A stretch of 64,000 nucleotides of DNA from an uncultured cyanobacterium (lineage in GTDB: Bacteria; Cyanobacteriota; Cyanobacteriia; Cyanobacteriales; Nostocaceae). The translations under genes and the position numbers were made by a program. Below are positions 20,831-31,328 of this stretch, one piece after another. The DNA lies in NCBI GenBank assembly GCA_963706595.1, contig OY970166.1, positions 4,608,001 through 4,672,000 on the forward strand, written 5' to 3'. Below the pieces are notes generated by a model. It saw only the letters and a program-made list of their open reading frames with translations. It had not been told where the DNA came from and made no database searches. Numbering within the stretch: position 1 is the first letter of the stretch; the number at the start of each line of letters is the position of its first letter.

Positions 20831-23800
20831 CTATAGTAAACTACTCAAGCGATCGCGCAAAATTTCGGCTTGTTTCTCAGCTTCTGCTAAAGATTCTCTC
20901 GCTCCCTTTACCACATCAGCCGGGGCTTTATCCACAAACTTAGGATTGCTTAATCTTGCACTCAAAGAATTAGCCTCTGCTTCCACTTTGTTGAGGCTTT
21001 TTTCCAGTTTGGCACGCAAAGTAGCAATATCTACCACATCACCACTCAAAGGAATTACCACTTGTACAGTTCCCACAACCCCAGAGATGGCATTTTCAGG
21101 TGCTTGTGGCTGTGGTAATTTGGTCTGTAACATGGCTTTGGGAGGGGTTGGTGGGAAAAACTTCGCCCAGAACTTTTGTCTAGCCTCCGCTTTCAGGAGT
21201 ATTTGGATAACAAACCAAGATGTATAACCCAAACCAACTATTTCCAAGAATTTACCGATAACGGGAATTTGATAAACCGTATTCCCCGCAACCAAACCTA
21301 TCCTCGCAAAGACAAGCCCCGCGATAACAAAACCAATTGTCTTCAAACCCCTCTGAGGTTTTTTCTCCACAACTTCAGCGCTGGTTTCCTCTGGAATAGC
21401 CGCTTGTTGAACACCAGCACTTCGGCTGCGCTCAGTACAAGCAATAGTTAAATTCTCCACCTTGGCCAAATCTTGAATATAAGCCTGTCCAGCAGTGAGG
21501 ATTTGCTGTTCTTGGGGATTCTCAGTTTGTAAATTAGCGGTGATTTTCGCCCCTGGCTTAATATCCGCCTCGGCGCGTAAATTCCGAATTGTGCGAATTG
21601 TGCCAATTAGTAATTCAAACTGGGCTTCTAAATCAGGATTAATCAGGTTATTATCGGCTTCAGGATAGGCTTGTAAAGCTAAAGTTTGTAAGGAATCGGC
21701 TGGTTGTTGGGTGAGAGTTTGCCAAATTTCCTCAGTAATATGAGGCATTAAAGGATGCAGTAATTTTAAAATCCCTTCCAATACATAGCCCAGAATTTGT
21801 TGGGCTACCTGGCGCGATGCTGGGTCTGCATCTTTTTGTAACCGGGATTTGACTAATTCAATATACCAGTCACAGAAATCACCCCAAATAAATTCATACA
21901 GACCTTTTGCAGCTTCACCTAAACCATAGTTATCAATGTAATTACTCGTTTGGTTGATAACTTGATGATAACGGGAAATCATCCAGCGATCGCTTAATTC
22001 TGTAGCAATTGGTTCACCCAGTTGTGCTGGAGTTTGTCCATCCAAATTCATCATTACAAATCGGGCTGCATTCCACAACTTATTCGCAAAGTTGCGCGAA
22101 GCTTCCACCGATGCAGACTCATCCTTTTTGCGGTCATACTCCAAGCGGATATTTTGACCCGCACCCGCAACTTCTTTAATTAAGGTATAGCGCAGCGCAT
22201 CAGTCCCATATTTGTCAATTAATAACAGTGGGTCAATCCCATTACCTTTAGTCTTTGACATTTTCTGACCATTTTCATCCAGCACTAAGCCGTGGATGTA
22301 AACATCATTAAATGGCATTTTCCCAGTAAAGTGTCCCGCCATCATCGTCATTCTGGCTACCCAGAAAAAGATGATATCAAAGCCAGTGACTAAAGTACTG
22401 TTAGGGTAATAAGTTGCTAAATCCTGAGTTTGTTCAGGCCAGCCCAAAGTAGAAAACGGCCAGAGTCCAGAAGAGAACCAAGTATCCAATACATCTGGGT
22501 CTTGTTCTAACTTGACATCTGCCCCAAATCGTGATTTAGCTTTTTCCCAAGCCTCATCGACTGATTTGGCGACGATAAACGGCGTATTATCGGTAATTTC
22601 ACCACCAGTTTCACTGACAGCATACCAAGCCGGAATTTGATGACCCCACCACAATTGACGAGAGATACACCAATCTTTTAACTTGACTAACCAATCACGA
22701 TAAACCTTAGTCCAGCGTTGGGGGACAAACTCTGGAGAATTTTGATTATCGAGAAATTTTAAGGCTTTATCAGCCATTGGGCGAATTTTGACAAACCACT
22801 GAGTAGATAATAATGGTTCAACTGGTACTTTACCGCGATCGCTATAAGGAACAGTATGCTTATAATCCTCCACCTTCACCAGCACACCATCGGCTTCTAA
22901 GCGAGAAACCACATTTTTTCGAGCCACAAAGCGGTCTTGTCCTTGGAACTCCCCAGCGTTATCATTGAGAGTCCCGTCCTTATTCATAATATTGATTGAC
23001 GGCAGATTGTGACGCTTACCCATTTCAAAATCATTCGGGTCATGGGCTGGAGTCACTTTTACACAACCAGTCCCAAATTTCGGGTCAACAAACTCATCAC
23101 CAATAATCGGAATTTCCCGATTCATAATTGGCAGAGTTAAGGTTTTGCCAATCAAATGTTTATATCTGTCATCATTGGGATTAACCGCCACACCTGTATC
23201 ACCCAGCATAGTTTCTGGTCGAGTTGTCGCCACTTCCACAAATCCAGAATTATCACTGAGGGGATAGCGGAAATGCCAAAGATTCCCATCAACTTCTTGA
23301 TTATCCACTTCCACATCAGACACCGCCGACATAGAAGCCGGACACCAATTGACTAAGTATTCGCCACGATAAATTAATCCTGATTCGTAGAGACTGACAA
23401 AAGCTTCCAGAACAGCTTGCGATAAACCTTCATCTAAAGTGAACCGTTCCCGTGTCCAGTCAACGGAGACACCCAGGCGTTTTAACTGATTCACAATTGT
23501 ACCCTCAGAATCGGCTTTCCATTGCCAAGCCCGTTCTAAGAATTGTTCGCGTCCCAGTTCGTAGCGAGTTTTACCTTCTTTTTTGAGTTGTTTTTCCAAC
23601 ATCGTGTGAACGGCGATGCTGGCGTGGTCGGTTCCCGGAACCCAGAGAGTATTGCGCCCTTTCATGCGGTGGTAGCGGATGAGGGTATCAATTAAGGCGC
23701 TTTCAAAGGCGTGACCCATGTGTAAACTGCCGGTGACGTTGGGAGGGGGAATCACGATGCAGTAAGGTTCACCGGGGTGATTGGGGTCAGCTTTATAGAC

Positions 23801-23887
23801 TTGGTTTTCTTCCCAAAATTTTTGCCATTTGGCTTCGGTGGTGAATGCGTCGTAGAGACTAGGGAGGTTGGTAATGTTTGCGGTCAT
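20831..23887 (-). CDS. valS: Valyl-tRNA synthetase with inserted CAAD membrane-anchor domain
   Basis: [18 protein letters not shown], two-TM CAAD segment ([19 protein letters not shown]) before the C-terminal coiled coil. Confidence 0.97.
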   Translation of the reverse strand: MTANITNLPSLYDAFTTEAKWQKFWEENQVYKADPNHPGEPYCIVIPPPNVTGSLHMGHAFESALIDTLIRYHRMKGRNTLWVPGTDHASIAVHTMLEKQLKKEGKTRYELGREQFLERAWQWKADSEGTIVNQLKRLGVSVDWTRERFTLDEGLSQAVLEAFVSLYESGLIYRGEYLVNWCPASMSAVSDVEVDNQEVDGNLWHFRYPLSDNSGFVEVATTRPETMLGDTGVAVNPNDDRYKHLIGKTLTLPIMNREIPIIGDEFVDPKFGTGCVKVTPAHDPNDFEMGKRHNLPSINIMNKDGTLNDNAGEFQGQDRFVARKNVVSRLEADGVLVKVEDYKHTVPYSDRGKVPVEPLLSTQWFVKIRPMADKALKFLDNQNSPEFVPQRWTKVYRDWLVKLKDWCISRQLWWGHQIPAWYAVSETGGEITDNTPFIVAKSVDEAWEKAKSRFGADVKLEQDPDVLDTWFSSGLWPFSTLGWPEQTQDLATYYPNSTLVTGFDIIFFWVARMTMMAGHFTGKMPFNDVYIHGLVLDENGQKMSKTKGNGIDPLLLIDKYGTDALRYTLIKEVAGAGQNIRLEYDRKKDESASVEASRNFANKLWNAARFVMMNLDGQTPAQLGEPIATELSDRWMISRYHQVINQTSNYIDNYGLGEAAKGLYEFIWGDFCDWYIELVKSRLQKDADPASRQVAQQILGYVLEGILKLLHPLMPHITEEIWQTLTQQPADSLQTLALQAYPEADNNLINPDLEAQFELLIGTIRTIRNLRAEADIKPGAKITANLQTENPQEQQILTAGQAYIQDLAKVENLTIACTERSRSAGVQQAAIPEETSAEVVEKKPQRGLKTIGFVIAGLVFARIGLVAGNTVYQIPVIGKFLEIVGLGYTSWFVIQILLKAEARQKFWAKFFPPTPPKAMLQTKLPQPQAPENAISGVVGTVQVVIPLSGDVVDIATLRAKLEKSLNKVEAEANSLSARLSNPKFVDKAPADVVKGARESLAEAEKQAEILRDRLSSLL

Positions 23888-23941
23888 GCTGGGAATACTA
23901 ATTGTGGAGGGACTTTAGTAAATTTTGCCATAGGGGGGAGA

Positions 23942-24430
23942 GGGGTTGATGGAAAAAACGAACCGCCAAGTCGCCAAGTACGCCAAGAGAGGGGAGCCAA
24001 GTCAGGAAGTAGATAGGCTGGCTTATGCTGTGATTGGAGCAGCGCTTGAGGTACATCAACTGTTGGGGCCTGGGTTTTTGGAGCAAGTGTATAAGGAGGC
24101 GTTGATTATAGAATTGTTCAGGCGCGGGATACCTCATGAATTTGAAAAGCCTGTAACAGTAAATTACAAAGGACATGAAGTAGGTACAGGGAGATTAGAT
24201 TTTTTAATAGCCAATTGTCTCATTGTGGAATTGAAAGCTGTCCAGAACCTAGCCCCAATACACGAAGCCCAAGTCCTCTCTTACCTAAAAATGACCAAAC
24301 ACCCACTCGCCCTCCTCATCAACTTTAACGTCCCCCTCCTCAAAGACGGCATCAAACGAATCATCCTCACCTCCTAACTCCTCCCTTGGCGTACTTGGCG
24401 ACTTGGCGGTTCGTTTTTTCCATCAACCCC
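23942..24430. repeat. Perfect 46-bp inverted repeat (23942-23987 / 24385-24430) bracketing the GxxExxY gene
   Basis: GGGGTTGATGGAAAAAACGAACCGCCAAGTCGCCAAGTACGCCAAG and its exact reverse complement. Confidence 0.95.
23949..24377 (+). CDS. GxxExxY family protein (PD-(D/E)XK nuclease superfamily)
   Basis: LGPGFLEQVY, GRLDFL...IVELKAV, HEAQVLSYL, LLINF. Confidence 0.92.
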   Translation: MEKTNRQVAKYAKRGEPSQEVDRLAYAVIGAALEVHQLLGPGFLEQVYKEALIIELFRRGIPHEFEKPVTVNYKGHEVGTGRLDFLIANCLIVELKAVQNLAPIHEAQVLSYLKMTKHPLALLINFNVPLLKDGIKRIILTS

Positions 24431-25672
24431 CCGCATAGCCAAAAGCGCCGAACCAAAAGCAGCCTCAGTATGCACCGAAGAAACCACAGACACCCCTAAA
24501 ACACCTTCCCGAATCGCACACCAAGCACTATTCCCCGCCCCACCCCCAGCCGTATAAACACGAATTAACCTATCCGCACCCATTTCCTGCAACAAACCAT
24601 ACCCACGCCCCTCAATCCTAGCCATACCTTCCAACAACCCATGCAAAAACGCCACAGGATCATCAGGACGTGGTGATAATCGTGGTAGTAAATCGGGATC
24701 ATTAATGGGAAAGCGATCGCCTGCTCGCAACAAGGGATAATAATCTAACCCACTGGCTGTAGTAACATCAATCTCGCCGCTAAACCTTTCCAACTCAGCC
24801 GCACTAAAAAAATGCTTTAGCACAGCCCCCCCAGTATTAGAAGCCCCTCCAGTCAGCCATAAGTTCCCCAATCGATGACTGTAGATACCGTATCGTGAAT
24901 CCTCCACACGCGTCCGACTCAATAATTTAACTACCAACGTTGAACCTAAAGAAGTCACAGCTTCCCCCGGCGATTTAGCCCCACTAGCCAAAAAAGCCGC
25001 AATACTATCAGTTGTCCCAGCACAAACTAAACAATCATCAGGAAAATTGAACTGAGTGGCAATTTCCGGGCGTAATTTGGCTATAGGAGTACCAGGAGTT
25101 AAAACTTTTGGTAGCTGAATCGGTAATTGTAATTTCTCCAGCCATGCTGGATATTTTAACTGCTCCACATCATAGCCCAGCTTTAACGCGTTGTGATAAT
25201 CGCTAATTCCCAAATAGCCATGTAGCAGAAATCCTAACCAATCGGCTTGATGCAGAAAATATTTCGCCTGACTAAAACTAGGTTGTTGCATCATCCACAA
25301 CAATTTAGCCAAACTTGAAGTAGCGCTTAATACATTATGATGCGGTGGTGCAATATTTTTCAACTGCTCCAGCACCACTGCTCCCCGTGCATCGTTGTAC
25401 AGTAAAGGTGCATCTACAGGCTTACCAGCAGCATCAGTTAGCAAGACTGTGGATGACGTACCATTAATAGCGATCGCCTTGACTTCTCGGCGCAATTTCT
25501 CAGGTATTTTTGCCAGCAGTGTAAATAAAGCCGTCTCCCAAGCAGTTGCTAAATCCGAAACAGCCTCATCTAGCCAAGGATACTTGATTTCTGCTTCGGT
25601 GCTGGCTTCACGATTAATCACCACACCCCTAACGCCAGAAGTACCAAAATCGATCCCCAAATAAAAATTCAT
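24374..25672 (-). CDS. FGGY-family carbohydrate kinase
   Basis: LGIDFGTSG, GTTDSIAAFLA, SLGSTL; C-terminus reads through the inverted repeat. Confidence 0.9.
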   Translation of the reverse strand: MNFYLGIDFGTSGVRGVVINREASTEAEIKYPWLDEAVSDLATAWETALFTLLAKIPEKLRREVKAIAINGTSSTVLLTDAAGKPVDAPLLYNDARGAVVLEQLKNIAPPHHNVLSATSSLAKLLWMMQQPSFSQAKYFLHQADWLGFLLHGYLGISDYHNALKLGYDVEQLKYPAWLEKLQLPIQLPKVLTPGTPIAKLRPEIATQFNFPDDCLVCAGTTDSIAAFLASGAKSPGEAVTSLGSTLVVKLLSRTRVEDSRYGIYSHRLGNLWLTGGASNTGGAVLKHFFSAAELERFSGEIDVTTASGLDYYPLLRAGDRFPINDPDLLPRLSPRPDDPVAFLHGLLEGMARIEGRGYGLLQEMGADRLIRVYTAGGGAGNSAWCAIREGVLGVSVVSSVHTEAAFGSALLAMRGVDGKNEPPSRQVRQGRS

Positions 25673-25819
25673 AGTTTGATAAATTTTTTAATAGTGGCTA
25701 CCGGTTAATCACGGCTTTTGTTGCATCTTGTTACAAGATATTCCACATTCTTGGCAAAACAGGGAAAAGTAGTAAACGAACGGTTCAATATTGATTTCAA
25801 GCTCAGGAGGGTTCCGACC

Positions 25820-25915
25820 ATGCCTATATCAGATACTCAAGTGTACATTGCTCTAGCTGTAGCCCTGATTCCAGGAATTCTAGCTTGGCGTTTAGCTACA
25901 GAACTTTATAAGTAA
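25820..25915 (+). CDS. psaM: Photosystem I subunit XII
   Basis: [31 protein letters not shown] with AGGAGG RBS. Confidence 0.95.
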   Translation: MPISDTQVYIALAVALIPGILAWRLATELYK

Positions 25916-26471
25916 CGCCACTTTCTGACTTTATCAGTGGGGCAGATTAAAAATCGCTCCACTGTCAAACAACAATCAGGCTCTTCCTGGTTGTTGTCTT
26001 GACAATCCCAAAAATACAGCGCCGACAGCATCTAAAAATCAATTCGCCGCTATATCCAGAAATTTCTAAGTATATATAATTACTATTGATTTGTGGTAAC
26101 TGCTTAATTTGTGAGTGAAAATCTGGCAGAAATAACATGGCGACTAAAAATATTTGTTGAGTACAATGGGACACCTCTAAATTTTCCAGACAGAGGAAAA
26201 ATAGGGAGAATTATTCATAAATATCACCACAACTTGGAATTGACATAATCTTTTAAAAGAATAATAATCGGTCAAACCGGGTGCTAGTCACTGGATACCA
26301 GAAGCTTTTGAATACCAAATACTTACGTAGATTGCGTTAGTTTTTAACCTTCAACATACGTGTAGCAATTTGGCAAAAATGAAGTAATATGACAGCTAAA
26401 TCAAGGTGTTATCAGTGCCAGTGTGCTTTCTATGATGTTGCCATTCAATCAGTAAGGTTCTATTTAGCATA

Positions 26472-26882
26472 ATGAACGCGAGTCAACCGTCTAGACCACC
26501 GCTACAACCTCTACAAAAACGCCGGGCTGTTCCTCGCCCAAAACGGCATCTTCGTCAACGTTCCTACCAGGTTATGGCCCTGGAAACCACGGCAAAGATA
26601 GCGGTTAACTTGGCAATCTCCGCAGCAGCAGTATCTGCCTTAGTGCAACTTGTGCCTCAGCACTGGACACAACAAGACAGATTGCGCGAAGTCAATACTG
26701 AAGTTAAACTGATGGAAGAACGTGTCGAAGGTTTGCAGACGGAATTTAAGCGTAATTTCGATCCCCATCAAGCTCATAGTATTAGACAACAGCAAGCCTA
26801 TAAATTTGACCCTCATCAACTTCCAGTAGTGTTCGTGAATCGGGATGGTAAGGAAGTTGAAGTATTAGAGTTATTACCCTAA
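26472..26882 (+). CDS. Bitopic coiled-coil protein, FtsL/DivIC-like (slr1601-like)
   Basis: Basic N-terminus, single TM, coiled coil, FDP motif. Confidence 0.55.
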   Translation: MNASQPSRPPLQPLQKRRAVPRPKRHLRQRSYQVMALETTAKIAVNLAISAAAVSALVQLVPQHWTQQDRLREVNTEVKLMEERVEGLQTEFKRNFDPHQAHSIRQQQAYKFDPHQLPVVFVNRDGKEVEVLELLP

Positions 26883-27068
26883 AAACAATATTCAGAATTT
26901 ATATGGAAAAATCGACTTTTCTGACGGGCGCGATCGCCTGTAAATACAGGATTTTTGTATGCAGTACCATCGGCTGATAGTTATGAGGGACACTCCAATT
27001 CACAAAAATACACGGTATGCGGGAAGCTCAGTCACTTCAGTGCTGAGAGGTAAGCGACACGAGCGATT

Positions 27069-27251
27069 TTAATCGCCTTCAATCTTTACCTCATCAATAA
27101 GTCTATCAACAAACTCTCTTAATCGTTCTTGCCAGTCAGGGATAGTTTTTAGTTTGTCCTTGACACTGGGCAGAACTTTAAAACAAACGGGGTTTTTATC
27201 AAACGGTTGATTGCTTGTAAAGCCTAGTTTATGCTTTTTTTGAAACGGCAT
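27069..27251 (-). CDS. Small (60 aa) protein divergent from tnpB, inside the element
   Basis: MPFQKKHKLGF...IPDWQERLREFVDRL; beta-alpha-alpha-like pattern. Confidence 0.6.
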   Translation of the reverse strand: MPFQKKHKLGFTSNQPFDKNPVCFKVLPSVKDKLKTIPDWQERLREFVDRLIDEVKIEGD

Positions 27252-27307
27252 TACTATTGGCTTTCTATATTGATATACTAATATATAATAACATGGGAAG
27301 TTGAAAA

Positions 27308-28585
27308 ATGCTTTACGGATGTCAGCAAAATTTAATTAGTCCAGACAACAAACTAAAAGCTTTGCTTGAATATGTTTGTACAGAAGCAAATAACTTGATT
27401 AATTGTGGAGTTTATTACAGTCGTCAATATTATTTTAAGACTGGCAAATTTCCTAGCAAAGCTGATTTACATAAACAATTAGGCACTATTCAGAAAAACA
27501 AGCACTATCAAGCTTTGTACTCTGATACAGCGCAGCAAATATTAACTGGAGTGGCTGAGTCCTTTAAGTCCTACGTGGGGCTGCTAAAAGGTATAAAAAA
27601 AGGAACTGTTACTCAAAAGCCAAGATTACCAAATTACAGAGTATCGGGTGGTTTAGCATTAGCAACTTTCACCGGACGCTCTCTTCAATTAAAAGACGGA
27701 AAAATACGGTTTCCGCTAGGTAGTTTGGTGAAAACCTGGTTTGGTGTGGATGCGTTTTATCTCCCAATGCCATCAAACCTGGATTTTAAATCTATTAGAG
27801 AAGTGAGAATCTTACCGCGAAACAGGTGTTTTTATGCCGAGTTTGTTGATCAACAACAGAGAGAAACTATCGAACTTGATAAATCAAAAGTTTTAGGGAT
27901 TGACCACGGAATAAACAATTGGCTAACCTGTGTTTCTAATGTAGGTACGTCCTTTATTGTGGATGGATTACATCTCAAAAGCTTAAATCAGTGGTACAAC
28001 AAATCGGTCGCCAAAATCAAAGAGAATAAACCTCAAGGTTTTTGGTCTAACAGACTTGCGGCAATCACAGAAAGGCGTAATAGACAGATGCGCGAGGCTG
28101 TAAATAAAGCAGCGAGAATTGTAATCAACCACTGCTTAGAAAACAAAATTGGTTCAATTGTTTTTGGTTGGAATACAGGTCAGAAAGACAGTGCTGATAT
28201 GGGTAAAAAGAACAATCAAAAGTTTGTTCAAATCCCCACAGCCAAACTAAAAAACCGGATTGAACAGTTCTGTGAAGAATCCGGAATAGATTTTATTGAA
28301 ACCGAAGAAAGCTATACCTCAAAATCATCGTTTTTAGATAATGATGTTCTACCTACATTTGGTGCAAAACCCGAAAGGTGGAAAAGTAGTGGTATCAGAA
28401 CAAATCGCGGTTTGTTTAAAACTTTAACTGGAATCAAAATAAATGCAGATTGTAACGGTGCTGCAAATATTATCCGCAAAGTAGCTACAATATTTAAGTT
28501 TAACTTAAGTGGAGTAGGTAGAGGCTGTTTGAGTCAGCCTAAGAAAGTTCTTTTATGGACTCTTCAGAAATCTCAGTGTCTTTAG
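27308..28585 (+). CDS. tnpB: RNA-guided endonuclease TnpB
   Basis: LGIDHGINN (RuvC-I), TEESYTSK, NADCNGA (RuvC-III). Confidence 0.92.
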   Translation: MLYGCQQNLISPDNKLKALLEYVCTEANNLINCGVYYSRQYYFKTGKFPSKADLHKQLGTIQKNKHYQALYSDTAQQILTGVAESFKSYVGLLKGIKKGTVTQKPRLPNYRVSGGLALATFTGRSLQLKDGKIRFPLGSLVKTWFGVDAFYLPMPSNLDFKSIREVRILPRNRCFYAEFVDQQQRETIELDKSKVLGIDHGINNWLTCVSNVGTSFIVDGLHLKSLNQWYNKSVAKIKENKPQGFWSNRLAAITERRNRQMREAVNKAARIVINHCLENKIGSIVFGWNTGQKDSADMGKKNNQKFVQIPTAKLKNRIEQFCEESGIDFIETEESYTSKSSFLDNDVLPTFGAKPERWKSSGIRTNRGLFKTLTGIKINADCNGAANIIRKVATIFKFNLSGVGRGCLSQPKKVLLWTLQKSQCL

Positions 28586-28700
28586 ACCTGAGAAGCTTAA
28601 AATTAAAAATTCCTCAGACTTTTTTGGCATTTTTAATTGTGATTTACCCATATTCTCAGTGAAACACAGAACCACCCCCAGGTGGGCTGAACACAATCGA

Positions 28701-29420
28701 TTAATCGAGATTTTCCGGAAACAACAGCTCATTTAACCAATTTTCTAGCTGTAAACGCAATCGGTAACCAGACATATTTTTGCGATCTAGTCCGGGTAGT
28801 TGAGTCAGGGCGCGACGATAATCAGCGATCGCACAATTCCAATCACCCCAAAGATGATAAGTTCTGCCCCGTTCTGCCCAAATATGACCTTCTAACTGCC
28901 CGAAAAGCATTGCCACCTCAAAAGTCTCAATCGCCTCTTCGTACTGCCCCAAATCACGTAAAGTAATCCCTCTGTTAATCCGCGCCCGCACATAACTAGG
29001 ATTTAAATCAATTGCTTGGTCGTAATCAGCCAGTGCGGCGGCGAATTCCTCACACGCTGCATGGTAATTGGCTCGATTGTTATAAGCGCTAGCTAAATTG
29101 GGGTTTAATTGCAGTGCTGTGTTGTAATCACCCAAAGCTTTTGGCATTTCGCCACTCTGAAAATAAATCAAGCCCCGGTTGTTGTAATCAACGGAGTTTT
29201 GCGGACGGCGCGCGATTAATTCGGTGAGTAAGGCGATCGCCTCAGTATAATTTCCTTGTCGAGCTGAACTCAAAGCACAAGAGCGTAAGTAGTCGTCTCC
29301 TAAAGCAGATCCACCCTTACCGTTTTTCTCATGCTCATTAGCATAAACAGTACTATTTGACACAAACTTGTATCGATTATTTGGCTGGTTTCCAGAAGCT
29401 AAAAATGAATGAATATTCAT
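28701..29420 (-). CDS. Tetratricopeptide repeat protein
   Basis: Repeated YNNRG/A...ALADY...AI.LNP units. Confidence 0.9.
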   Translation of the reverse strand: MNIHSFLASGNQPNNRYKFVSNSTVYANEHEKNGKGGSALGDDYLRSCALSSARQGNYTEAIALLTELIARRPQNSVDYNNRGLIYFQSGEMPKALGDYNTALQLNPNLASAYNNRANYHAACEEFAAALADYDQAIDLNPSYVRARINRGITLRDLGQYEEAIETFEVAMLFGQLEGHIWAERGRTYHLWGDWNCAIADYRRALTQLPGLDRKNMSGYRLRLQLENWLNELLFPENLD

Positions 29421-29870
29421 ATTGTATTGCCTGAGCTACTTGCTCTTTAAAATCAAATTACAGTTTTAGTCGTGATGGTAGTTTTGCCCCTGTGTCAGTT
29501 CTTCAGGTGTCTATAATTACTTTCGTTTCGGTAGCAATACTGTTTTAAGCTCCGACATCAAAAAGTCGAAGACTTTACCTTACTTAAATAATTAATGCTC
29601 GAACCTAATAATTAATACGTCACCCATAAGTTAAATTCCAGAAAGAATAAATATCAATCTTCAAGACTAATCAAGTAGTGACAGCAACAAATTGGTAGAA
29701 TGCCAACAAGCCCTTCACATTTAGCTGATTGTCGGTCAGCCCCAAGTCCATAGCTACTGGCTGTTTGGCGGAGGATGAACGGCGGTAAGTGCAGGTGTGT
29801 CCCCTAACTAATGCTGTAGGCTATGGAAGAGGACAGCACTGCATAATTTTTAAGTGTTGAGAAAATTTTT

Positions 29871-30335
29871 ATGACAACAGCAATTTCCTATCAAAATGCC
29901 CCTGACTTAGCTGCTGACGATTATATAGTTATAGGTCTATCAACCTGTTTTATCAAGGAAGACGGGGAAGTTTATCAAGTTGAAGTTGTAGAACCAATTC
30001 CCTCTGCGGCTTTAGAAGCTTTGTTAAAAGGTATTCCCACGTCCTATCACCTGGCTTGTGCAACCACCCTAGAATCTGTGCTGGATGGTGATACACCTCT
30101 GTTACCCGATGGCTTTCCAGATTCAACTCAGTTTGGCGAAGAGTTTGCCCTGCGGGCATTTGCGGCGGCTCGCACCTACAAGCGTCGTGAAATTGCCAAG
30201 TCACTAATTCCCCTGGGTACAACCTACACTGATTTTAAATATTCAACTGAGCGTAAGCGGGTACTCAATGCTGCTAGAGTTGTCAATAAAGAAGACAACG
30301 TGAAACAACATTCCCACACTCACAAAGTTCTTTAA
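29871..30335 (+). CDS. Conserved cyanobacterial hypothetical protein with His-rich C-terminus
   Basis: 154-aa ORF ending KQHSHTHKVL. Confidence 0.7.
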   Translation: MTTAISYQNAPDLAADDYIVIGLSTCFIKEDGEVYQVEVVEPIPSAALEALLKGIPTSYHLACATTLESVLDGDTPLLPDGFPDSTQFGEEFALRAFAAARTYKRREIAKSLIPLGTTYTDFKYSTERKRVLNAARVVNKEDNVKQHSHTHKVL

Positions 30336-30347
30336 TTTAAAGTCATT

Positions 30348-30902
30348 ATGCTGAAACTTTACGGCGGCGCTCGTAGTCGAGCCTCAATAGTCCAGTGGTA
30401 TTTGGAAGAACTGGGCGTTGGCTATGAATTTGTGATGTTGGAGATGCAGGCGGGCGAACACAAGCAGCCTGAGTACCTGAAGATTAACCCAATGGGTAAA
30501 GTGCCAGCAATTGTCGATGGCGACTTCCACCTTTGGGAATCTGGGGCGATTTTACTATATCTTGCCGACAAATACGGCAAAACCCCACTTTCACCAGAAG
30601 AGAGGGGTATCTTTTCCCAATGGGTCTTATTTGGCAATGCTACCCTTGCTACGGGCATTTTTGTAGAAGCCAATCGAGAGAAAGAAACGCCCCGCTTGTT
30701 AACTCCCTTGAATGAGATTTTTGAGCGACAATCTTTTGTACTGGGTGATGTATTCACGGTTGCTGATGTAGCCGTGGGGTCTATCCTGGCTTACATCCCC
30801 ATCATGCTCAAGTTAGACCTGAGCGCCTATCCAGCCGTGTTGAACTATATCAAGCGCATATCTGAGCGTCCAGCGTTTCAAAAAAGCATTGGCGGCGGTT
30901 AG
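30348..30902 (+). CDS. Glutathione S-transferase
   Basis: NPMGKVP, LWESGAILLYL, FTVADV. Confidence 0.93.
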   Translation: MLKLYGGARSRASIVQWYLEELGVGYEFVMLEMQAGEHKQPEYLKINPMGKVPAIVDGDFHLWESGAILLYLADKYGKTPLSPEERGIFSQWVLFGNATLATGIFVEANREKETPRLLTPLNEIFERQSFVLGDVFTVADVAVGSILAYIPIMLKLDLSAYPAVLNYIKRISERPAFQKSIGGG

Positions 30903-30939
30903 CGAAAATCATAAATATTAATATAGGGTAGAAAAAATT

Positions 30940-31328
30940 GGCGTTGCTGATTTGAAGTATGAACACGATTTGTGATCATGTCAAAACCCCTGTAGAGACG
31001 TTCCATGGAACGTCTCTACATTTATAGCAACCGCTAAGGAGGTTAAGACATAAACGGATAATCAAACTTAGAGAATGTTTGAAAAGTTTTGGGCGAATAT
31101 AATTCGCTACTACACAGCCAAAGTCCACCTCCGTGGACTAATGAAAAAATGGGATTTTTAACCCGCGCAGGCGGGTTTAGTTTGTATAGCCGCGACTTCT
31201 AGTCGCCAGGGCTGTAATAAATTAGACTTTTCAAACAACCTCTTAGACACCATTCGGGTTTTAACCCACTCCCCACTCCCTACTCCCCACTCCCCAGCTA
31301 TCAATTCATACTTTGTTTGAGCAACGCC
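30940..31328. mobile_element. Three-level nested MITE composite
   Basis: Outer GGCGTTGC...GCAACGCC; middle TATAGC...GCTAT (31023-~31302); inner GAG...CTC (31071-31242) with TTA TSD. Confidence 0.75.

Larger units (their letters stand above)
27020..28600 (+). mobile_element. IS200/IS605-family element lacking tnpA (IS1341-like); boundaries approximate
   Basis: Related subterminal hairpins CTCAG-tcacttcagtg-CTGAG (27027-27047) and TCTCAG-tgtctttagac-CTGAGA (28571-28593) around tnpB. Confidence 0.75.

Noticed and set aside
29460..29600. 6S-RNA-like segment upstream of the TPR gene (minus strand)
   Set aside because: Only a vague remembered resemblance to a 6S 3' half; no complementary 5' arm found to form the rod
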